Shown: one piece after another, positions 8,760 to 18,065 of the stretch
Numbering within the stretch: the stretch's first letter is position 1
Layout of the letters: every line of letters begins with the position of its first letter
Assembly (NCBI GenBank): GCA_035502155.1
Contig: DATJUU010000118.1
Coordinates: forward strand, 1-58,331
DNA length: 58,331 nt
Source of the DNA: Opitutaceae bacterium
Lineage (GTDB): Bacteria; Verrucomicrobiota; Verrucomicrobiia; Opitutales; Opitutaceae
Direction of reading: 5' to 3'
The notes under the pieces: model-generated
What the model saw: only the letters and a program-made list of their open reading frames with translations
Databases searched by the model: none
Told to the model about the DNA's origin: nothing
Program-made: the position numbers and the translations under genes

Positions 8760-11700
8760 TTAGAACATGAACTTGTTGGAGATCTCGAACGTCTGGCCCT
8801 CTTCGATGCGCATTTGCGCCCAGGAGCCGTCCGGCTCGACGCTGACCGGGACCAGATGCGCCTTCTCGGTGAGGTTCCGGATGTTCAGCTGGATCCGCCA
8901 ATCGACCTTGGAAGTCAGCTTGTGCTGATAACCGATCCAGAGATCGGCATGTTCATCAATCTTGCCGTAGAGCGGCTTGTTGACGTCCATGATCCACGAC
9001 TTGTTGCCGAGCGGGTCGGTGACCTGGCTGATGCCGTAGCCGAGGATCGGCTTCGACGCCCAGCGGACGCCGCCGCCCACATTGAAGCCCTTGAACCGGC
9101 CGTTCTTGAACGTGTAGTTCGTGACAGCCTTGAAATTCCACTGCCGCAACTCCGGCTGGGCGGTGCCCGTCTGGGCGGTCTGGAGCTGATAGGCGGACCA
9201 GATGTTCTGAATGAAGTAATCGTAGACCCGGCCGCCCACCGCGTTGGTGCCGCCCCAGAGAGGCATCTGGCCCGCCGGGGAGCTGAAGAACGCGTATTCC
9301 TGCTGGATGAAGGCGGAGTCCGCCGCGCCCAGCGCGGTCTGGACGGCATTCACCTTCGAGGCATTGAAGGTGAGATCCCAGTTGCTGACCGGCCGCACCG
9401 TGGCCTCGAGCTCATAGCCCTTCGACTCGATGTCCTGACTGATGATGGGGAATGAGCCGTTGATCTTGCCGCCGCCGGTGTTGGAGACCACCCACGGGTA
9501 TGGGAAGGCGGCCGGATTGTTGAAGACGTTGGCCCAGTTCCCCGCCGTGACCGCGGCCACATTGACGCCGAGACCGTAGGCATCAAAGAAGGACTGCGGG
9601 AAGTACTTGGCGAAATTCTGCTGGAGCGAGGCGACGGCCGCCTTTTCCGCCACGGTTTGGGATGAATTCAGGAAGGCCGAGGACGAGTAATCGCCGTAGC
9701 CGACGCCGGACACGCCGGCGTTGTTCGCCCAGTTCCAGAACCAGGAGCTGCCGGTCTGGTCCTGCCCGGCCAGGCCGATGGCGTTGGAGGCCGCGTCGCC
9801 GGCAATCCACGCCGGCAGGAGATACAGATAATAACCGTTGTTCCCCAGGGGATCCGCCGCCCCCGAACCCGCCTGACCGTTCTTGTCGAGGGTCTTGAAG
9901 TAGGTGAGCCGCAGCGTGGCGTGGCCGTTCAGGGTGTCCACCTGGATGCCGTAATCGTCCGTCCGGCCCGTTTCGGCGGGCAGCAGGCTGGCATCGAACG
10001 CATAGCGCACCTTCGGCGTCTCGTTGTTGCCCCGGAAATAATAGGCGCTCACGTCCGTGCCCAGCGGCAGTTTGCCGCGGATCGACTTCGGCAGGTGCAG
10101 GGTCAGGCCCCAACTCGTCGAATTCGTGCTGAATTTGGTGTCACTGCCCGAAATCCCATAATTCATGCTGGCGACCTGGGTGTTGGGATCGAGCGGCGCG
10201 TTGGAGGACCGCTGCGTGATCGTGTCCCGCCGCCAGCCCCACTCGGGGATGATGATGTCGTCCCAGAGGTGCCCCTGGTACATGAGGGCGGCCGACTTCA
10301 GGGTCTGCTCGGTCTTGTTGCCCGAGGTATACAGATCATTGATGTTGTCGTGCCAGTTGAGCATGTTGACCGGCGTGGTCGTCCAGCCCTTGTAGTTGGC
10401 GGGATTGTCGGACTGGGTCTCGGTGCCCGTTCGATACGGGGATGGGTTGGCCCACGGATCGGAGGGATTCACCCCGGTGGCGGTCCACGTGTTGCTGAAG
10501 TAGCTGGTGGTGCCGCTGGTCGGCGCGACCAGGTTGGCGATGTTCCCGAGGCTCAGCCCGGAGGGGGACGACACGCCGGCCAGGCTGGGCCCGAGGTAGG
10601 CCACCCAGTCCGGCACGCGGTTGCCCGAGATGCTGCCGGTTCCGGAGCCCATCAGCTGGGCAAACGTCGTGTCCGTCGCATACGTGTCCCAATGCCGGTC
10701 TTCCTCCTGGGTCCGGTATTCGCTGCCCAAGGCCGTGAACGAGTGGTGGCCGAGAAACTCCGTCAGCGGGCTCTTGGCCAGGAAATCGTCGAAGCGCAGA
10801 TCTCCGTTGGCCGTCAGCTGGTAGTTGTCGTGGATGTACTTGGTGCTGCCGGCTCCCGAGCCAAAGTCGCTCGCGGCAAACGGCCGGCCCTCATTCGGGT
10901 TGGTCACGGCCAGTCCCGGCAGCCAAGAGGGGTACTTGATCTGGTAGGCATCCAGATCGACCGAGATGAAGGGTTCGGTGTAGCCAAAGATGGACACCGA
11001 GCCTTCATCGAACTCCTGGTGATCCACCACGCCCTGAATCGCGATCCGTCCATTGAGGAGCGTTTCCTCCATCGTGACGTTGAACGCATTCCAGTTCTGC
11101 CATTCCTGCTTGTTCGGGCCGTCGATCAGGCTGTCGTAGAAATTGAAGATCGACGGGTCCGTCAGCGACTTGTCGTTGTACGTCACAGTCCCGGCATAGG
11201 CTCCAGGGAACAGGTTGGAATTGCGGTAGTTGACGGTCTTGGCGTAGTTGGCAAAGCCCGAGACGTAGAGCGGGGCCGCCTGGGGGAAGCCGCCGATGCC
11301 GAGGCCATTGGCGCCCACCGCGCCGTTGAAGGTCGTCGAGGACTGCAACAGGGCACCGGTCTTGGCATCGTACACATACGCCGCATTGGGACCGGGCCAG
11401 AGATAGTGATAATCCTGGGCGTTGACCCACGGGTTCAGGGACGGGGCCGCGGGGGCTGCACCCGAGCCCGAGAAGGAACCGGCCCCGACGAGCTGCTGGT
11501 TCGTGTTGTAGAGGAACGGATCGTAACCGCCCTTGTTCAGGCCACCGCCGGAGAAATAGCCTGTGATGAAGTCCATCGGCGGCAGCTCGCGGGGGTTGTT
11601 GGAACGCACCTGTCCGCTCTCGGCGTTGAGCTTGATGGAGAAATGGCTGGAGTCCGTGCTCAGGGCCTTCGGGTCATAGCGCAGGGCCCCATAGGCGCGC

Positions 11701-12548
11701 TTGGCATGATTGAACGCCGGCTGCTGCCGGTACTGGGTGTCGTCATTCAACAGGTCGACCCGGATCGCCAGTTCTCCCGGCACGATCGATCGGTTGAGAT
11801 CCAAGGATTCGCGGGTGCTGCCGAAGCTGCCGTAGCGGGCCTCGACCGTGCCTTGGTTCTTGTCGATGATCGCCTCGTTGGTCGAATAATTCGCGATGCC
11901 CGACGGGCTGCCGACGCCGAACAGGAAGGAATTCGGGCCGCGGGAGATGTCGACCCGGCTGATGTTGAAGGAATCCCAGGGAATCTCGCTCGAGAAATAG
12001 TTCCGCGTGTTGTCCATCGGCGTGAGCCCGCGCGCCCGGTTGATGGAATTCGGATTCAGGAGCCGCGCGGCCTCCGCGTTGCTGCTGACGCCGATGCCCC
12101 GGGAGGCGACCCCCGAGAAATTGCCGTTCAGGCCCGCGACCTCGGTGTCGGTCGTGTAGATCAGGAGTTCCTGCGCATTGGTGATCCCCAGGTCGTCCAG
12201 GAAGGACTTGGTGATGACCGACAAAGCCGAGGGCGTGTCGACCAGCTTGGTCGCGACGCGCGCGCCGCCGAGTGTGTCCACCGCCTGGTAGCCCTCCGTT
12301 TCCGCCGTCACGGTGAAGGGATTCATGTGGACCACCTGTTCTTGCGATTCCGCCGCAGGGGTCGCGACCGGAGCCTGAGCCGGCGTACTCGTCTGATCCG
12401 CCGTGGCGCTTGGCGCTGGAGCGGCCTGGCCGAGCACTCTCGGACCAATCGCACTGGCAAAAAGGGCGGCTGCGCAGAACGCACCCGCCCCACGGAGACG
12501 GCACGGCAGGATATGCCGCCGCTCTTGTGGGTCATGCTTGGTGTTCAT
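8760..12548 (-). CDS. TonB-dependent outer-membrane receptor, paralog 2 (~1262 aa)
   Basis: Collinear with paralog 1 along its whole length, with the same plug motif (DTLGGARVATKLVDTPSALSVITKSFLDDLGITNAQELLIYTTDTEVAG) and the same C-terminus (FEISNKFMF). ATG at 12548 followed by a signal peptide. Confidence 0.85.
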   Translation of the reverse strand: MNTKHDPQERRHILPCRLRGAGAFCAAALFASAIGPRVLGQAAPAPSATADQTSTPAQAPVATPAAESQEQVVHMNPFTVTAETEGYQAVDTLGGARVATKLVDTPSALSVITKSFLDDLGITNAQELLIYTTDTEVAGLNGNFSGVASRGIGVSSNAEAARLLNPNSINRARGLTPMDNTRNYFSSEIPWDSFNISRVDISRGPNSFLFGVGSPSGIANYSTNEAIIDKNQGTVEARYGSFGSTRESLDLNRSIVPGELAIRVDLLNDDTQYRQQPAFNHAKRAYGALRYDPKALSTDSSHFSIKLNAESGQVRSNNPRELPPMDFITGYFSGGGLNKGGYDPFLYNTNQQLVGAGSFSGSGAAPAAPSLNPWVNAQDYHYLWPGPNAAYVYDAKTGALLQSSTTFNGAVGANGLGIGGFPQAAPLYVSGFANYAKTVNYRNSNLFPGAYAGTVTYNDKSLTDPSIFNFYDSLIDGPNKQEWQNWNAFNVTMEETLLNGRIAIQGVVDHQEFDEGSVSIFGYTEPFISVDLDAYQIKYPSWLPGLAVTNPNEGRPFAASDFGSGAGSTKYIHDNYQLTANGDLRFDDFLAKSPLTEFLGHHSFTALGSEYRTQEEDRHWDTYATDTTFAQLMGSGTGSISGNRVPDWVAYLGPSLAGVSSPSGLSLGNIANLVAPTSGTTSYFSNTWTATGVNPSDPWANPSPYRTGTETQSDNPANYKGWTTTPVNMLNWHDNINDLYTSGNKTEQTLKSAALMYQGHLWDDIIIPEWGWRRDTITQRSSNAPLDPNTQVASMNYGISGSDTKFSTNSTSWGLTLHLPKSIRGKLPLGTDVSAYYFRGNNETPKVRYAFDASLLPAETGRTDDYGIQVDTLNGHATLRLTYFKTLDKNGQAGSGAADPLGNNGYYLYLLPAWIAGDAASNAIGLAGQDQTGSSWFWNWANNAGVSGVGYGDYSSSAFLNSSQTVAEKAAVASLQQNFAKYFPQSFFDAYGLGVNVAAVTAGNWANVFNNPAAFPYPWVVSNTGGGKINGSFPIISQDIESKGYELEATVRPVSNWDLTFNASKVNAVQTALGAADSAFIQQEYAFFSSPAGQMPLWGGTNAVGGRVYDYFIQNIWSAYQLQTAQTGTAQPELRQWNFKAVTNYTFKNGRFKGFNVGGGVRWASKPILGYGISQVTDPLGNKSWIMDVNKPLYGKIDEHADLWIGYQHKLTSKVDWRIQLNIRNLTEKAHLVPVSVEPDGSWAQMRIEEGQTFEISNKFMF

Positions 12549-12729
12549 ACTAGTTTTGGAGTCTTGGTTCGGAGCGAAACCATTCGGGGTTGCCTGGTGT
12601 CTCAAACTAAGATGAGACGCTCACTGGATTAGCCCACAGGCTCGAAAACAACGGCTAACGGCACGATTGGTGGATCGTCGCCGATGCGGCTTCAATTCCG
12701 GGATTGCCATCGGAGCCCTTTTTTCACCG

Positions 12730-12745
12730 ATTTAATGCATTAAAT
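12730..12745. promoter_or_regulatory. Perfect 16-bp palindrome ATTTAATGCATTAAAT (putative operator), copy 2
   Basis: Identical to 8514-8529. It lies 182 nt upstream of the receptor-2 start. Its last two bases are the A and T of the ATG (12744) of the divergent regulator gene. Confidence 0.6.
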
Positions 12746-14585
12746 GAAGACGGCCTCCCGCCAACGGCCGGTTGACCTCGCGCTCAGCGGCTACGAGCGA
12801 TTACTCCGCGACCAGCAGGGCCGGACGTCGGCCGTCTTTCCCTCCGAGCTGGAACTCGCCCTGCGCTGGGGCGTCAGCCAGTCGGCGGTCAACCGGGCCG
12901 CCCAGCGCCTGATCGCCGCCGGCCGGTTGCGCCGCCAGGGCTACAAATTGATGCCGGCCGCGGCCAACACCGAGGCCGGATCACTGACGGGCGCGCGCCT
13001 GGTGGTTATCACCCACCCGACCGCCCGGCTCACCACCTTGCCGGAGGAGGCGACCCGGCGGGGCGTCACGGTCGAGGAGATCTTCTGCAACGGGCGGGAC
13101 ATCTTCCGCCACAATCTGCGCCTGGCCGCACAGGACCGGGTCGACGGGGTCATCTTCCGCCTCCTGGGCGAAAGCGGATGGGAATGGGACAACGAGGTGG
13201 CGGAATTCGACCGCCTGCGGATCCCCTATGTCGTGTGCGAGGAGGCGCCGCCCGGCCACAACCTGGTGACCGAGGATTTGCAGGGCGCCACCGCCAGCCT
13301 CGTGGCGCACCTCAGCAGCCTCGGCCACACCAACATGGTGTACCTCGGGTCGCTGCGCCTGGGCGACCGCTCCACCGCCATCCGGCAGGCCTACGAGGGC
13401 GCTTGTCTGCGGCTGGGCATGCAGGATTCCGCGCGGCAGAAGCAGGAACTCAGCGCCCACACGCGCGAGATCATCCGTCTGTCCCTGCGACGGATCCGGC
13501 TGCAATATCCCGCCGCCACCGCCTTGGTGCTCTTCGACGCCTACCAGGTCGAACCGTTCCTCGCCGCCGCCAAGGAGGAGCAGATCGCCATCCCCCGCGA
13601 CCTTTCGCTGGTCTGCGTGGGCGACTCCCCCGTGGCGCGCAACAGCCAGCCCTCAGTGACCTGCGCCGGCTTCGACACCCGCACCCTGGGGCACACCGCC
13701 CTGGATCTGCTCTGCCAGAACATGCTGGAAATCCGGCGCACCGGCCGGCTCCTGCCCCGACAACGGCTGCGCCTCGAGGCCACGCTGCGCCTGCGCGCCT
13801 CCGTCGCCCCCCGCACCACCCCCAGCCCCGCCGCCGAACCCGGGATCCCGCCGGGACGGTCCTCCTCGCGCCGCTGGCCGCAGGCCCGCGACCAGCGCCT
13901 GCGCGAGGCCGAGGAGAGCTGGCAGCAGCCACACCGGCTCGCCGCCGGCGCCCGCCCGGGATCCTTGGCGCCGCTCGATCTCAGCGGCCTGGCCAACCGC
14001 TCCCTCTCCCACCAGAACGGCTGGCTCGGACACCTGCCGCTGCTGCATTTCGGCCCCGGACGCAAATCCATCCACGGCGTGACGTTTGATGTCCTCGACG
14101 AGCACCAAAACCACGGCAAGGGCGCGATCGTGCTCCGCTCGAACCGCTCCCTCTCCACCGCCGGACGTGTCCTCCCCGTCGAGATCGCCGTGCCGGTCCG
14201 CCGGCGGGTGCGGGCGGTGTATTTCCTGCACGCCTGCGGCTACGCCGGCGAACCCATGCCCTTCGCGTGGTACGACTTCTACCTCGCCGGCCGGCGCCCG
14301 ATCTCGGTGCCGCTCGTCGCCCGGGGCCTGGGCGACCTGCCCGCCGGCGCCCCGCCGCCTAACATCCAGGACTGGTGGCCGGACTTTCCGCAGTTCAACG
14401 GCGTCGGCGTGCGCCACCTGGTGATCACCGAAAACGGCGACCCGTTCGACTACGAGCGCTACCTCTACACGCTCGAGTGGGCGAATCCGTTTCCCGAGGC
14501 CGAGCTGACGACGCTGTACATCCGCTCCAACCCCGCGCTCGAGACCACCCTCGCCCTGCTCGCCCTCACCCTGCTGGTCGACTAG
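12744..14585 (+). CDS. Hybrid transcriptional regulator: GntR-type wHTH, LacI/PBP1-type sugar-sensor domain and an unassigned ~200-aa C-terminal domain
   Basis: N-terminus FPSELELALRWGVSQSAVNRAAQRLIAAGRLRRQGYKL is a GntR wHTH. Residues ~85-350 look like a periplasmic-binding-protein type I sensor (HTNMVYLG..., IPRDLSLVCVGDSP). A Pro-rich linker follows. The extra domain starts near LAPLDLSGLANRSL (about nt 13960). Confidence 0.75.
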   Translation: MKTASRQRPVDLALSGYERLLRDQQGRTSAVFPSELELALRWGVSQSAVNRAAQRLIAAGRLRRQGYKLMPAAANTEAGSLTGARLVVITHPTARLTTLPEEATRRGVTVEEIFCNGRDIFRHNLRLAAQDRVDGVIFRLLGESGWEWDNEVAEFDRLRIPYVVCEEAPPGHNLVTEDLQGATASLVAHLSSLGHTNMVYLGSLRLGDRSTAIRQAYEGACLRLGMQDSARQKQELSAHTREIIRLSLRRIRLQYPAATALVLFDAYQVEPFLAAAKEEQIAIPRDLSLVCVGDSPVARNSQPSVTCAGFDTRTLGHTALDLLCQNMLEIRRTGRLLPRQRLRLEATLRLRASVAPRTTPSPAAEPGIPPGRSSSRRWPQARDQRLREAEESWQQPHRLAAGARPGSLAPLDLSGLANRSLSHQNGWLGHLPLLHFGPGRKSIHGVTFDVLDEHQNHGKGAIVLRSNRSLSTAGRVLPVEIAVPVRRRVRAVYFLHACGYAGEPMPFAWYDFYLAGRRPISVPLVARGLGDLPAGAPPPNIQDWWPDFPQFNGVGVRHLVITENGDPFDYERYLYTLEWANPFPEAELTTLYIRSNPALETTLALLALTLLVD

Positions 14586-15682
14586 GGGGACGGCACCATC
14601 CGCGGCGTGGCCGCGGGCGCGCCGACTGACGCCCGCCACACCAGCTCGGTCGGGAACACGATCGTTTCCTGCGCCGTCGGCGCGCCCTGGCTGTGGTGGT
14701 GATGGAGGCGGGCCAGCAGGGCCTCCACCGCCCGGCTGCCCATGGCGTGCAGCGGCTGCCGGACGGTCGTCAGTTGCGGTACCGTGGTCCGGGCCACCAG
14801 CGTGTCGTCAAACCCGGCCAGTGAGACATCCTCCGGCACCCGGAAGCCGACCTCCGCCAGCGCCTCAAGGCAGCCGATGGCGCAGGCGTCGTTGCCGCAG
14901 AAGACCGCCTGCGGCAGCGTCTGGCCCGCGGACCGGTCCAGCCAGCCGTGCATCGCCCGCCGGCCCTCGTCCACGGTGTAGCCGGCGTCCACCAGCAGCG
15001 AGGGTTCAAACGGGATCCGGGCCGCGCCGAGCGCGCGCTTGTACCCCTGGATGCGCCGTTCGGCGCCGAGCAGGCCGCGATTGCCGGTGAGGTGCAGGAT
15101 CCGGCGGTGGCCCCGGGAAATCAGGTGGCGCACCATCTCGAAGGCGCCGGTGGTCTCATCGCTCTCCAGGTTCACCGAGCCCGGAATCGGCACGTTGGAG
15201 TGCAGCGCCACGAACGGCGTGTGGTCCGGCAGCGCCCGCACGGCCTCGGGCGACAGGACCGGGGCGATGAGGATCAGGCCGTCGATGCGGCCGTCGCACA
15301 GCCCGGGCAGCCGGGCGGAATCGCGCTCCCAGTCCGAGAGCGTGAAGACCGAGGTGTTCTGCCGGTGGCGGGTGGCCGCCTCCAGGATCCCGTTGAACAC
15401 CTCGAGGAAATAATGGTTCAGGGCGCCGCCAATATCGACGACGGTCGCCACGCCCAGCGTGTGCATCCGGCGTTCCGCCAGCGCGCGCGCGGCCGCATTC
15501 GGCCGGTAACGCAGCCGCGCCGCCGCCGCGAGAATGCGCGCCCGCGTCCCGGCCGCGATCCGCGAGGACGAGCGCGCGCCGTTGAGCACCACCGAGGCCG
15601 CCATGGCCGAGACGCCGGCGGCGCGACCCACGTCCGCGAGGGTGGCGGCGCGCACGGGTTTCTTTTTCCGGGAACGGGGCAT
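14582..15682 (-). CDS. LacI-family transcriptional regulator
   Basis: ATG at 15682. HTH ATLADVGRAAGVSAMAASVVLNG...RILAAAARLRYRPNAAARALA, followed by a PBP1 sensor domain. It lies 8 nt downstream of yicI on the same strand. Confidence 0.85.
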   Translation of the reverse strand: MPRSRKKKPVRAATLADVGRAAGVSAMAASVVLNGARSSSRIAAGTRARILAAAARLRYRPNAAARALAERRMHTLGVATVVDIGGALNHYFLEVFNGILEAATRHRQNTSVFTLSDWERDSARLPGLCDGRIDGLILIAPVLSPEAVRALPDHTPFVALHSNVPIPGSVNLESDETTGAFEMVRHLISRGHRRILHLTGNRGLLGAERRIQGYKRALGAARIPFEPSLLVDAGYTVDEGRRAMHGWLDRSAGQTLPQAVFCGNDACAIGCLEALAEVGFRVPEDVSLAGFDDTLVARTTVPQLTTVRQPLHAMGSRAVEALLARLHHHHSQGAPTAQETIVFPTELVWRASVGAPAATPRMVPSP

Positions 15683-15690
15683 GGCGCACC

Positions 15691-18030
15691 TCAGGAGGCG
15701 GGCGCGAGCGTGACGCGCAGCCGCCGGACGCCGCGGGCCGGCGTGATCTCCACGCCCAGCGGCTGCTTCTCCGCGGTGCCGCCTTCAACCGCGGCGACGC
15801 GCGACACGCCGGCCAGCTGGAGTTTCCAAGGCCGGCCGGCCGCCGCCGGGCTGAGCCGGGCCTCGAGCACCCGCCGCTCGCGGCGCACCGCCAGGCGGAT
15901 CCCCGCGCCGCCCCGCAGAGTCGGCACGCGGCACACCGCCTCGGCGCCGTCCGCGAGTTCGTACACGCGGAAGGTCGTGCCGGCGGTGAAATCGTAGTCG
16001 GGGCGGTCCTCCACCGCGCCGACCGGCAGGATCGTCCCCGGCCGCACAAACAGCGGCAGGCTGAGAAAGCCGTGCTGCGCCCGGCGCCAGCAGCCGCCCG
16101 TCTCGACCTCCCCGGTGAGCAGATGCGTCCACCGCCCCTCGGGCAGGTAGTAGTTCACGGTCCCCTCCGCGGTGAACACCGGCGCCACCAGCAGCGAGTC
16201 ACCCAGCATGTACTGCCGGTCGAGCGTGTCGGCGGCGGGTTCGTCCGGAAACTCAAGCACCATGGCGCGCATCAGCGGGAGCCCCTCCTCGTGGGCGGTC
16301 ACCGCCTGTCCGTACAGGTAGGGCATGAGCCGGCACTTGAGCCGGGTGAAAAGCCGCAGCACGTCGCAGGCCTCCTCGTCGTAGTTCCACGGGACGCGGT
16401 AGGACGACGAGCCGTGAAGCCGGCTGTGCGAGGACAGGAGGCCGAAGGCCACCCAGCGCTTGTACACCGCCGCCGGCGCCTGACCCTCAAAGCCGCCGAT
16501 GTCGTGGCTCCAGAAGCCGAACCCGCAGAGCCCGAGCGACAGCCCGCCCCGCAGCGATTCCGCCATCGACTCGAACGTCGACCAGCAGTCGCCGCCCCAG
16601 TGCACCGGGAAACGCTGGCCGGAGGCGTAGGCCGAGCGGGCGAACACCACCGCCTCGCCCCGGCCCCGGGCCCGCTCCAGCAGCCGGAAGACGCACGCGT
16701 TGTACAGCACCGGATAGAAATTGTGCATGCCCGCCGGGTCCGAGCCGTCGTGATAGACGGCGTCCTCCACCGGGATGCGCTCGCCGAAGTCGGTCTTGAA
16801 ACAATCCACGCCCATCGCCAACAGCCGCCGCAGGTGGCCGGCAAACCACCGGGCCGCCGCGGGATTGGTGAAATCGACGATCGCCATGCCCGGCTGCCAC
16901 AGGTCGGTCTGCCACACGTCGCCGTTGGTCCGGCGGACGAAGTAGCCGCGCGCCCGGCCCTCGGCGAACAGCCGCGAGCGCTGGCTGACGTACGGGTTGA
17001 TCCACACGCAGATCCGGACGCCGAGCCGGTGCAGGCGCTTCAGCATGCCGGCCGGATCGCGGAAGACGCGCGGATCCCACTCGAAGTCGCACCAGTTGAA
17101 CGCGCGCATCCAGAAGCAGTCGAAGTGAAACACGTGCAGCGGGAGCCGGCGCGCCCGCATGCCCTCGATGAAACGGGTGCAGGTTTTCTCGTCGTAGTCG
17201 GTCGTGAACGACGTGCTCAGCCACAGGCCGAACGACCAGGCCGGGGGGAGCGCCGGCCGCCCCGTCAGCCGGGTGAGCCGGCGGAGCACCTCCTTCGGTG
17301 TCGGGCCGTGGATGACAAAATAGTCGAGCCGTTCGCCCGGCACGCTGAACTGCACGCGAGAGACCCGCTCCGACGCCACCTCGAACGACACCGGGCCGGT
17401 GGTGTCCACGAGCACGCCGTAGCCGCGGTTCGTGAGGTAGAAGGGCACGGACTTGTACGCCTGCTCGCTGCCCGTGCCGCCGTCCCGGTTCTCATTCTCC
17501 ACCACCTGGCCGTTCTTCACGAACGCGGTGAAGCGCTCGCCCAGCCCGTAGACGCACTCGCCCACGCCGAGGTGGAGGCGCTCGTGCACGAACGCGGTCC
17601 CGTCGGCATGCTGCACGTACCCGATCCCGCGCCCGGCGGTCCGCGTCAGCAGCCGGCCCCCGGCCTTGAACGCGAGCTCCCATCCGTCCTTGCTCACGTG
17701 CACAGCCAGCCGCCCCGCGTGCAGCACGGCTTCCTGACGGCCGTTCTCGATCGTGACCCTTGGCGGCGGCGGCGGCGGCAGCGGAATCCCCGGCTTCCGG
17801 TCGGTTCCGCCGCTGAAATGCTCGATGCTGACATGGATCACGTCCTCCGCGGGCGCGGTCAGCCGGATGGTCAGCAGGGGCCCGCCCAGCGTGTCGCCGC
17901 GGTGGCGCACCGGGCGCGTCGTCGCGTGGACCGTCAACGTGTCGCCGTCGGCGGTCACCTCATGCACCTGTATGGGGTAGTGAGCCGAAATTCCCGGCTG
18001 CATCAGCCATTCACCGTCGCTGAACTTCAT
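15691..18030 (-). CDS. yicI: Alpha-xylosidase, glycoside hydrolase family 31
   Basis: Near end-to-end similarity to my recollection of E. coli YicI. Matching stretches include MKFSDGEWLMQPG, LGVGECVYGLGERFTAFVKNGQ, GRPALPPAWSFGLWLSTSFTTDYDE, VDCFKTDFGERIP, FPVHWGGDC and GFGFWSHDIGGFE. Confidence 0.93.
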   Translation of the reverse strand: MKFSDGEWLMQPGISAHYPIQVHEVTADGDTLTVHATTRPVRHRGDTLGGPLLTIRLTAPAEDVIHVSIEHFSGGTDRKPGIPLPPPPPPRVTIENGRQEAVLHAGRLAVHVSKDGWELAFKAGGRLLTRTAGRGIGYVQHADGTAFVHERLHLGVGECVYGLGERFTAFVKNGQVVENENRDGGTGSEQAYKSVPFYLTNRGYGVLVDTTGPVSFEVASERVSRVQFSVPGERLDYFVIHGPTPKEVLRRLTRLTGRPALPPAWSFGLWLSTSFTTDYDEKTCTRFIEGMRARRLPLHVFHFDCFWMRAFNWCDFEWDPRVFRDPAGMLKRLHRLGVRICVWINPYVSQRSRLFAEGRARGYFVRRTNGDVWQTDLWQPGMAIVDFTNPAAARWFAGHLRRLLAMGVDCFKTDFGERIPVEDAVYHDGSDPAGMHNFYPVLYNACVFRLLERARGRGEAVVFARSAYASGQRFPVHWGGDCWSTFESMAESLRGGLSLGLCGFGFWSHDIGGFEGQAPAAVYKRWVAFGLLSSHSRLHGSSSYRVPWNYDEEACDVLRLFTRLKCRLMPYLYGQAVTAHEEGLPLMRAMVLEFPDEPAADTLDRQYMLGDSLLVAPVFTAEGTVNYYLPEGRWTHLLTGEVETGGCWRRAQHGFLSLPLFVRPGTILPVGAVEDRPDYDFTAGTTFRVYELADGAEAVCRVPTLRGGAGIRLAVRRERRVLEARLSPAAAGRPWKLQLAGVSRVAAVEGGTAEKQPLGVEITPARGVRRLRVTLAPAS

Positions 18031-18051
18031 GGGAAGCTGGCCATCAAACAG

Positions 18052-18065
18052 GTTTATCGCTAAAT
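18052..18065. promoter_or_regulatory. GTTTATCGCTAAAT motif (candidate LacI-type operator, site A)
   Basis: Lies 22-35 nt upstream of the yicI ATG. It has TTTA/TAAA inverted arms around a central CG. The outer bases GTTTA...CTAAAT are the same as in site B. Confidence 0.3.
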
